A DNA stretch of 64,000 bases. It comes from Syncephalis fuscata S228 (Eukaryota; Fungi; Zoopagomycota). The DNA lies in contig JAHLTZ010000001.1 in the NCBI GenBank assembly GCA_025786725.1, positions 744,001 to 808,000 of the forward strand, in the 5' to 3' direction. Below, piece by piece: positions 53,926 to 64,000 of the stretch. How positions within the stretch are numbered: the stretch's first letter is position 1; each line of letters starts with the position of its first letter. The notes beneath the pieces are model-generated. The model saw only the letters and a list, made by a program, of their open reading frames with translations, was not told the origin of the DNA and ran no database searches. The translations under genes were made by a program, and so were the position numbers.

Positions 53926-56212
53926 ATGGAAACGGAATTGAATACAGAACGTAATGCTACTTGCACGCCATCTAATACTGTTCAATCTACAGTAGAGAAT
54001 GCTTCGGAACAAGCTAAAGCAACAAAATGCATTACGAGTCCGTTAGCTGATTGCCGTGATGCTTCAACAAGTGCCACGGCAGTATCAAATCGCATGGTTC
54101 ATTCCCGTGAGGTGGAACATAAATTGCGACAGTTAATGAGTCATTTTCCTAGATGTAAATTCCATTTACATGGATTACCACAGAATATGACACAAAAACT
54201 ATCCAATTATTTAGAGGCCAATTCTGCAGTAAGTTATTGACGATAATAGTAACAATATACAGTAATTATTAACATGCCAACTTATTCATTAGCAAGTGGA
54301 CTCTTTCTTCTCAGCGGATGTTACCCATTTAATTGTTAAAGATGAAGCATTTGAACGAACAAAAATGGAAATTGAACAACAGGCGAGGTAAGTATTGGTG
54401 TGATATTCAAGTCTTTAAATCTATACAATATCCATTAATATTGCCAATATTAATTGATTGACACTATATATGTATTCAGGTACAACATGATCTTACTATC
54501 AAGAATGCGTTTCTACACAAAATGCGTGTATGGCCTTTAAACAGTAGGTTGCCTACAAACACTACTATCGAGCATTACTAATATATATATATATATATTA
54601 ATAGAACTAAAAAGATTATTTATCATATTAACTTGTTTAAAAATCCAAAACCCAGTAATTCTCCGTATAATGGCGATCTGGCCAGTCAATTGCGCAATGA
54701 AACAATTTACGGCCCATCTGGACAACAACACGACATTTACTACTTTCCCGATCATTATTGTTATTTGTTAATAGAAGATTTAACAGGACAACACCGACCA
54801 CCTATTGTAGAAAAGTATCCATTGCCACGTGAAAATCAAGAACCAGTATGGCCTAAATTAATGTGTGGTTCTTCGAATCGCAGTCCTTTCCTTAAGTTAA
54901 AGGATACGCCAACAGAAAGACCACCCTTAACTGCAATTGCATTGGCTGGGAATGCTACAACATCACGTGCTCTAGTTGATGGTCCATCAGCACGTAGATC
55001 TACTCTACTAGCACAATCAGCACAACAAGGCATCAGCCATTACAATCACGGGCTGCATCATTACTGTCGGCAATGAATCGTAATGATACACCGACAACAA
55101 CAGCATTGCGGTCTAAATTAGTTAGACCAGTACAACGACAACGATCAAATGGATCAACTCAAGAAGTATCGGTAGCATCGGGTATGCATCCATCCGCCAC
55201 AGCTACTATCCTCTCTACACCTTCATTGTCAACAGCCACGTCTACTCAACAACCACATGCACCTTTTCCACCATCGAAGGCGGTTGAGCGATTGAATCGT
55301 CGTGCATTGGCTACGTTAGAAGAGAATGGTGTTCAATACAGCAATGGTGGTGATCGTGGTATAAAGAAACTATCCACGGGACTGAATAAACCCGCAGTCG
55401 TGGTACCAACTACGGTTAATCGTTTGAGCGTTTATAAAGATCAGGAGAATGCTCAACAACAACAGGCATTAGCAATTGCTGCCACTCTTTCCACAAAGAA
55501 TGAAGGTTCATTACTGGTAAAGACGGCGCGTGCTAATAATAATAGTCCATCGTTTTCATCAATGCCACGTCGTCCTGGTTACTGTGAATCTTGTAAGACG
55601 AAGTTTGAACATCTTGCTGAGGTAATTAACTAGTAATATTTGTAATACATACTAACAGTATTATATTTATATTTATATTTATATTAGCATGGACAAACTC
55701 AAAAACATCGTAGATTTGCATTGAATATAAGTAATTGGAATTCAGTTGATAGTTTATTGGCAGAGATGGAGAATGATGCACTACTAGTATCAACTGTTCA
55801 AAAGAAAAAAGTTGTACATGAAGTGTTTGATCTTGAAAATTTACAAGAGCTAGAAGAGGAGGAAGAGGAAGAACTCGAAGAGGAAGAGGAAGAGGAGTAT
55901 GAAGATGAAGATGACTACGAAGAGGAAGAGGAAGAGGAAGAAGAGTATGAAGATGAAGATGAAACTACATCAGCACCTTGTTCACCTTCACCTTCTACTA
56001 ATGTTACTTCAGCAGATGATGTTTCTACAGATGCAGAACACGAAGTAATACAACTTGGTTTTACGCCACACACTGTTAACAACACTGACGAGAAAGGAAT
56101 AACAACGCCATGTATACCGTCAACTAATACGACAATCGCTGACAATAATGCAAGTTCAGATACGGAACGGCCCGCTTCCATTGTAAAACGTCGCCGATTA
56201 AGTGCCGTTTAA
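53926..56212 (+). CDS. DBF4: Dbf4/Dfp1 regulatory subunit of Cdc7 kinase (multi-exon; apparent frameshifts near 54608 and 55027)
   Basis: Motif N (FPRCKFHL..FFSADVTHLIV), motif M (YLLIEDLTGQHRP), motif C zinc finger (PGYCESCKTKFEHLAEH....HRRFA), acidic tail. Confidence 0.88.
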
Positions 56213-56537
56213 TTGCTAACAACACTTGTGAGTAATTATAGGAAGACGATTAAGCAGATTTAGTCGTAAAATGTCTTTTTAAATCTTTGATTTAACTTTA
56301 TTAAACTATTTAGTTTTATATCAATCTATTTTCTTATGCTATAGCTTTTTGCTGTTTAGTAATAAACAAGGAATGAACATTGTTCAAATTAGCATTTCTA
56401 AACAGACTAATCGATGATGCATGTTAAGAAAGCACTGTGTTATATTAAACAAAACTAAATGTTTAGTTTATTAATGAGTGAAATTAATTGCTATACAAAG
56501 ACTATATTGCAATGATATGTTAAAACATGTCTACATA

Positions 56538-58306
56538 TCATGGATTATAGATTGGCAAAGGATGGGCCTCAGTATTAAAAACATAGCGATCTAACGGTAG
56601 TACACTGTTATCACCAAAGATTAATAATAGATACTTGAGTGTTTCTGCCATGAAGAATGTTTCCGATGCATCTTGTTTTTGCGTGGGCATTTTAAGTACA
56701 TCCTCCACACTAACTAGACAAGTATTACCGCCGACCGATGAGTTCTTGCGCATAGCAGTAAAAACTTGCCAGGCCTGTTTGCGATATTCGCCATTTTTTG
56801 TAATACGCCAAAGTACAAAAAGACTTTCAACCGTCTCGGGTCGTAGTATATTATAAACTTTTTCGGGTATTGGCTGCATATCGGGGCCGCCTAACCAACC
56901 AGCTGGATTCTGTTTATTTGTAACACTTTGCCTAGTGGTTGTATCATGTGCGCTGGAAGTAGCAAAGGTAACAGCTTCTGGCGATAGACCGCTAACGGTG
57001 CGATGCATGCCCATGCATGTGGTGGTAAGCTCAGCTCCCAAAGCCATATCGTTATCAGCTCGTGCTTTATTTCCAGCATCAGTGGTGGCACCAAGAGCCA
57101 GTACACCACCGAAGGTACACGCTAGATGCTCCATCTCTGGTGTAAAATAAGTTCGAGATGCCATACCAAGATATGTTTGGTTAGTTGTTTTCGAGACACC
57201 TAAGAGATGGCGTCTTGCGCCAACAATCGATGCATCATACCGTGCACGTAGTTTCGGTTCTGTTTTAGACGTTTGCAGCCAACGCTTAAGTAAATACTCT
57301 ATAATAGTGTAGTGCCTGATTAGTTGTGATAATTAATAAATATTAGTATCCCAATTATACATACCATAATAGCTATCGCCGCTAGCGCCGAATCCGTATG
57401 TTCCATCGCCGTCGCTTTTTTCAGTAGATCTGTAAAAGTAATGTATTAAATTAGTAAATTATGCTAATAATACTAATAGTAGCAGCAATGTAGCTTACGA
57501 AAATGATAAGGGTAAAAGCCCGTCCCAGGATTCCATGCGTTCAAGTGCTTCATCGGCCGTTTTGGCGGCTTGCCAGTATTTTGGATCACCGGTTAGTCGT
57601 GATAATTCTCGAAACTCCATTTGCAAAGTGCCTGAAGCTGCCGGTGAGCTTGCCCATGTAGTTGGATCGTCTCGGTTTCGACCTTTGACAAGATTAATCC
57701 AGAAGGTTGGCAGTCCGGTTGTTGTATTAAACGCCGGCAGTAATCGGTCTCCTACCATACGGGCAGCCTTCAGTAGTTCGGGATCGGGCTGGAGCGTGTA
57801 GGCACCCAGTAATCCGCCAATCACACGAATGGTCGTTTCAAAAACATTTACATTATCGTCAATGTTATAGTCGAGATTCTTTACAATCCAATCACGACCT
57901 TCTTGGTACTCTTTTTGTAGATTTGCCAGAAACAGTGTATCTAATGAATCGGCAATCATATAGCCCAAGCTTTTTCCCGTACTAGACCATTGCTTGCCAG
58001 TCTTAGATATTGGCTTGTACTCATCGAATCCAAATGCATGTTCCCTATAGCTTTGCCAGCAGTCTTTGATCGATTTTATCACCACTTCCTTTCGGCACCG
58101 CCATATGTCTTCTCCTTGGCATGGCCCAAGATTAGTAACTCTAGCCGCACCTATCATTAATAAGTGGCTGGTTAGCTTTTTATTAAATTATTGATTTTAG
58201 TGTTACTTTGCGCGAACACTAGTATAGTGCACACACCAATTAATACACCTGCTGGCAATGCGGTGAATAAGATTGCTAGAATTTGTTTTGGTATTATATA
58301 GCGCAT
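56538..58306 (-). CDS. Glycoside hydrolase family 47 alpha-1,2-mannosidase (4 exons)
   Basis: AFGFDEYKP, DSLDTL, NVFETTIRVIGGLL, GASGDSYYEYLLK, EHLAC, LRPETVESLF, AETLKYL, VFNTEAHPL; short hydrophobic leader exon. Confidence 0.93.
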
Positions 58307-59559
58307 AATGAGATATAATTGTATGTAAATATTAAAAGAAGAAATTTAAAGGGGACAAGTATTAAAGCTGTACATGTATTTAAATAGCTGCAGTAAGCAG
58401 CTATGATGATAATGTTGCCTGTGTAATTCTATGACTATCTCTTCAGAATTCCGTTTAATTTCCATCCATGCTTTCATTCACAGCTTCTATCTACTTCAGT
58501 TTATGTACATCAATTATCACACGCTATTCGTTTACAATGCCTTCGTTGCACCCACAACATATTGGTGTGCCGGTTTTCTATTTCCTTTTTTAGCAAGCCA
58601 TTGCTATGGATACGTACATTAACAATGGTGCATGATGAATAAAATGCTGTGTGGTCCATTGCCCCAAATATTTACTAGTTTACCCTGGCACCATTTTATG
58701 CCTAAAAGTAACCAGAGCCGACTTGAGTGTCGTTTTTCTTAAAGGATAAATGTTAGTTGACTTGGCTCTGCATATGCTGTCATGCATATTAAAGCAACAA
58801 TAGATACACAGTGCAGAATGCTTCTAAAAGCTCGTTTATAATATTGATATCCATAATTTTATTAATAAGTTTTAATTGTATTACATTATAAACTATTTGG
58901 CCATGCTACTTGACAACTACCTTTGTCGCCTAGTCAACAGATAGTAAACAGAAATGACCGATAAACTTGGATCTAAATAACCAAAAGCTTTATGATGAAA
59001 TTACGCCAGCACTGTTGGAATTAGCATATTTGGTAAACTATTATACCGACAAAATCATGGTTATTAAAGCTATGTCACCCGCAAGTTCTTTTTCCTTTTT
59101 CTTTCAAGCGCGTGATTCATAACTTATTGTTTACCTTAGTCTTGGTTACATTGTAAATTGGCGGGTGCCCCGGTGTGCATAGTCAAGGAGCGAGATGTGC
59201 TTATCGTAATTATTTATTAGCATAAATAAATAAATAATAAATTGTTAATAAAGCAAAAGCTCCAATATTGCAGCTAACCAATAGTTGATGCAATAATTAA
59301 ACGCTTTCAGTGATATAAATCATACTCAAAATCATGAATTTTATAAAACACCTGGAATATTTATTAGGTATATGGATAGTGTGATAAAGATAATGCTAAG
59401 TATCATTTTTGATTAATGTGACAATGTAATATTTATTAACAATGTAATAGTGTAAATCAATCAACTTAATGAAATATAATTTCATCGGTAATTCAGAAAT
59501 AATTAAATGAACCAAGTGCCAGATTGATTTATAACTGCAGGTGGTTTTTTTAAAGCCAC

Positions 59560-59802
59560 TTAGGAGGAACTAGAGATTATGACAGTTGAAGCTGTATTTC
59601 GGCTTACAGGTGTACATATAGGACCGAGTCCACCAAATTTAGGCCAATGTTTAGGACATGGCATCAACGGACTTCTTCTTTCTCTTTTTAACCCGCTGGT
59701 AGTGACAGCACGACGGATTCGATTTGGACCAGCATCCGCCATAGCCAAACTAGCTACAATAACAGCAGCAAGAATATAAACACTATTGATAGAAAGTCTC
59801 AT
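59560..59802 (-). CDS. Small secreted prepropeptide-like protein
   Basis: MRLSINSVYILAAVIVASLAMADA signal peptide; RIRR, KR and RERR basic sites; core SPLMPCPKHWPKFGGLGPICTP. Confidence 0.65.
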   Translation of the reverse strand: MRLSINSVYILAAVIVASLAMADAGPNRIRRAVTTSGLKRERRSPLMPCPKHWPKFGGLGPICTPVSRNTASTVIISSSS

Positions 59803-60541
59803 GGTGATATAGCTTTGGTAGAGTAGACGACTCAAACGGAAGATACAAGTTGAAAGATAGCAAGCAGAAAAGTTAATGTGGCGATACTGCCGTGACGTGT
59901 GTTAAACATCCATTAAATTTATTGCTGCGTATGCTCATGCAGCATTTACCGCATGACCGTGATTTGAGCTACGCGTGACGGATACACATGATCTTTAATT
60001 TGTAGCTTAAATGTGGGTTTGTATTTTAGATCATAATGCTATAGACTTGGCAATACTAATAAATTAGTCTTATTTGGTTAATGTATAATTATATAACAAT
60101 CAATTATTGTCTTCAATAAACATTTAATAAAATTACTGGTTAGCATTGGCTTATCTACTTACATTCCTCTAAAAGCCATTCTTATTTATTCTATTACGTT
60201 AACGTTCAGATAGGGTTGCTAACTATATTTATTTTAAACAATAGTTTTATTTAATGTTAATAAATTTATTATCAGTTTCTAGTTCCATCTTATTTTACTT
60301 GGTGCCATACAGACTATTCAGTTTATTATAGTTAAACTGGGCTAATTAATGGCTAGTAAAAATGAGTTGATTATTAAATTAATATGAAATCTAAATAGGA
60401 GTAATATACTGCAATATTTAACATACACAAGTTCAGCACTGCTTTATATTGCTGATGCTATTTTAGCAAATTAAAAGTAAACAAACCATTTATCGTGTAA
60501 CTCAATGTTTAGTTGTCTTTTTTAAATAGTTTATTTTTGTA

Positions 60542-62104
60542 ATGAATAGCAACCGACTGCGTAGTTACTGGCTGTCGGCCTATTTATGTGCTGCTGGTAA
60601 GATATTTATGTCTGTAATGATGGACATGCGACTTATAAGTAAGTGAAGCGGGCGATTGGCTTCAAGGTCCCTATCTGTATAGTGTTTATCGTCAGCGGGG
60701 TTTTAGCGACGGTGTAATCACTGCATTATCCGCTCTCGGCTTCCTGTCAAGTGCTTTGTTAGGAGCGTTTGTAGCATCACTCGCCAATACCGGGTAAAAT
60801 ATAAGCATTAAATAGATATTTGGTCGGCACTATTAACAGTCATGCTTTATTTGCACTAGAAATCGACAGCGATATGCTTTAACAGCTATTCTTCTATATG
60901 TCGCAGCCTGCGGCTTATTGTTGATAGGAGGAACATCCATCTGGGCATTAGTACTGGGAAAGTTGGCCAGCGGCATTGCTACTGCTTTATGGTCTCCATT
61001 TTATGAGACGTGGCTAATAGGACAACAATTAAAATATAGTAAGTTTACTTTTTTGATACAGATAGAAAACTTACAACATAATTTGTAGATTTGCCAAATT
61101 CGTGGCTTGATACCACTTTATCTTTGGCTGCATCACTGAATGGTATTATTGCCATTGCCGCTGGTCTTGCTGGAGATGCGCTGATATTATGGTGGCATGA
61201 TACGCTAGAAATGCCATTTGTAGCAGCTTTGATTGCGCTTATCGTCTCGGCTTTGCTTGTTTGCCTGACATGGTCATCAGAAGGACCTCAAACCACAGTA
61301 TGTAGATTTATCAATTAAATACCGTTAACAAAATCTATAGAAAAGCGTCTCAGTAGCTACAAAGTCTAATTCATTTTATGCTTTATTCAAAGGTAGTGCA
61401 TTTAAACCGATAATACATTTACTTATTACTTGCGATAATATTCAGATTCTACAGTGATTTATTTATGTTTTATTCAAATATTGTTTGAATCGGCCATGTA
61501 TACATTTGTATTCTTTTGGGCGCCCATATTACAACAGCGTATTGGCAAGTGATTATATAAATGGATGATTGCAATTTAATATTTCTATTAGACAAAGATC
61601 AGTCATTGCCCTTTGGCAGTATTTTTGCCATTTTCATGGCATCCTATGCATTGGGACCAGTATTTTATCGACAAATTACCGGTCGGGCCAGCAATCCATG
61701 GATATACGCATCATTGTTTGCTACTGCAGGCCTCTGTTTATCATTGGCCAGCTATTCCACTTTATCGGTTTGGACAACTGCCATCGCATTGGCGGTTTTT
61801 GAATTTCACTGTGGATTATACGCACCGTGGTCGGCTCGTTGGCGTTCCAAGTATATTCCCGAAACAATGCGCGGTACAGCCACTAGTCTTGTTACCGGCC
61901 CTATGAACTTGATAGTTGCTGCAATATTATTAACTGTAAGTGAAATCACTACAACGACTAATTTATACACACTTTAATCAACATATAAAACGTTAGTTGG
62001 GCGATAATCCAAGCTTAGGATTACAACTGGCGGGAGGCATGCTCTTTATCGCTGCTTACTTAGCCATTCGATTACCTTTTGCTATTCATGTCAAAAAAGA
62101 ATAA
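60542..62104 (+). CDS. MFS transporter, MFSD5/MOT2 molybdate-anion transporter family (multi-exon)
   Basis: AGDWLQGPYLYSVY, SGIATALWSPFYETW, FESAMYTFVFFWAP, LPFGSIFAIFM, FEFHCGLYAP..RSKYIPE. Confidence 0.85.
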
Positions 62105-62147
62105 AACTATTAGATATCATTAAACGTTTATTTCAATGCTGTGCCTT

Positions 62148-63833
62148 CTAAATCTTTACAAGCCATTGATGAGTCAATTTTTGTCTGACGAGAATAATAG
62201 CCATAGTGGCACCGCAAACAATCATGACGCCTGTATAAACAATTAGTGGCATATAGCCATGTTCGCTTTTAGTAGCATCAAGTATAGCACCGGCAATGGG
62301 CGATCCAATCAAATTACTAACACCAGTTGATGCATAAATCATACCGGTAACCGTAGTGAGACCGTCCATACCTATAACAAAACATAATAAATCTATATAA
62401 ATATTTGTCTGGTATAAGCACTGGTGGACACTTACCGAATGCTACAGTAATAACCACTGGTGTTAATGCAGCAAATCCGCCCATAAATAATCCATACAGT
62501 AGTGAGAATATTACCAAGGGTGCCATGCCGGTCGAAGGTAACCAAACTACTAAACAAACTATACCAGCAAGCATGACACTGCCGACATACGTGTTGATTC
62601 GACCCACGTAATCAGATGCTAATCCTAGTGTGATACGACCCACGGCTGATGCACCATTCATAATGCCTATTAGTACAGCGCCATCCGTTTTTGTAAGGTC
62701 AGCCGATGTTGCATAGGCTAAATAGATATTTAGTATACTATTGTTATAAGCCATATCCACTTACAAGGAATATAGTAGAATGGTACTAGATATCCCAAAC
62801 TACAAAACATGTTAGTAATCCATAACCCAAAAAATGCTGGATTCTTAATTCGTTCCCAGAACCATTGACGTGATCCAATAGCTGGCGCAGTCGTTTCTTT
62901 TGTATTATCATTATTATCATTTACTATTGCTTGTTCACTGTTTACGTTAATAATATGTTCCGACTTTTCTTTAATACTATGACCGTTGGAACCTATTGAT
63001 GAAGTAATATCTGCTACAATGCCTTCATTCTTATTATCCATATTATCATTTTTACTATTAATTGTTTCTTTATATTCCTTTACTTCTACTTTTGCTTCTT
63101 CCATTGGAGGCTGTGGTCTGTGGCGGGCAGACGTATAAGCAGAATGGCAATCAACATAGCTACTAATATCCATGCAGCTAGACAGCGCAGTGTCCATGCA
63201 ACACCGATGGTATCAATAAGTTTACGTGTTATCGGTGCCATGGCCATACCGCCTAATCCAGAGCCTGAAACAGCAATACCTGTAGCAAATCCACGTCGCT
63301 TATCAAACCATCTTGGTGGCGTGGCTACAACTGGATAAAAGGCGAATGAAGTACCCAGACCAAACATCAAGCCTTGTGTTAGATAAAGATGCCAGATCTA
63401 TACAACGTATTCAAGTAGTCAGTAATTATTAGTATTAAGGAACATTGATTTACCTCGGTGGCCCATGATGCCAACAGTAGTCCCAAACACATCAACACGG
63501 TACCGATAAGCATAGCTATACGATAGCCTAACCAGTCGCCCAATCGTCCAGTTAATACGCCAAATAATCCAAGGGAAGCATAGGATACGGAGCCGACAAA
63601 TGTTATGCCAGTAGTTGTAGCTCGGCCACGGTACATCTCGGTATATTGCTGTTGGAACACGCCATAGGTATATTGCACACCATACATTGCAAATAGAGCG
63701 AGAAATGACGCAAATACCACGACCCAGCCGTATAGTTGTCACGGCTTATAAATAGGGATTTACGCGACACATGATCTGTCGACTGAGTAGCAACAGTAGC
63801 TTTATTAGTCTTCGTTAAAGGCGGCGAGGTCAT
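62148..63833 (-). CDS. MFS monocarboxylate-porter (Mch/MCT-like) transporter; apparent frameshifts near 63720 and 63115
   Basis: WVVVFASF, YGVFQQQY, WFDKRRGFATGIAVSGSGLGG, GRITLGLASDYVGRIN, IGSPIAGAIL. Confidence 0.9.
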
Positions 63834-64000
63834 AATGCAATAATACGCTAGCAATGCCAGCTAAACAGCTTGTTGGTAAATTATCAGATAAAAAGTAAAA
63901 TGTTGGGGTCAAAATAAATTAGTTTCAATCCCTTAAAATACTGAGTAATGTCATACAAATGGTTTACTTTATTGATAAGCATCGATTGGATTTATTTAAT

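Noticed and set aside
55850-55962. GAA/GAG tandem repeat as a separate element
   Set aside because: It simply encodes the acidic Glu/Asp tail of Dbf4
59161-59200. TPP riboswitch-like GCGGGTGC start
   Set aside because: Lacks the CTGAGA and downstream conserved core, and no thiamine gene is adjacent

Overview
AT-rich, intron-dense eukaryotic nuclear DNA. Short spliceosomal introns, ChAPs/exomer, Cbk1, Dbf4 and animal-like CENP-P, OSGIN and MFSD5 homologs point to an early-diverging fungus. A Zoopagomycota or Syncephalis-like mycoparasite is my inference and is not proven. About 27 protein genes and one tRNA-Leu(UAA) are supportable. Compact housekeeping blocks alternate with gene-sparse AT-rich tracts carrying lineage-specific secreted or surface genes. 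Highlights: (1) a canonical U12-type AT-AC minor-spliceosome intron (42540-42615) in the ChAPs gene; (2) a signal-peptide-bearing, motif-divergent protein kinase (candidate secreted effector); (3) a small Kex2/furin-site prepropeptide with a two-Cys core; (4) an intron-containing bacterial-type cytidylate kinase with a presequence-like N-terminus; (5) a cluster of orphan 7TM and single-pass receptors. Many genes, including essential PRP3, carry apparent 1-nt deletions, mostly in homopolymers, which are most likely assembly errors. All family calls come from motif recognition by eye, and no database searches were run.
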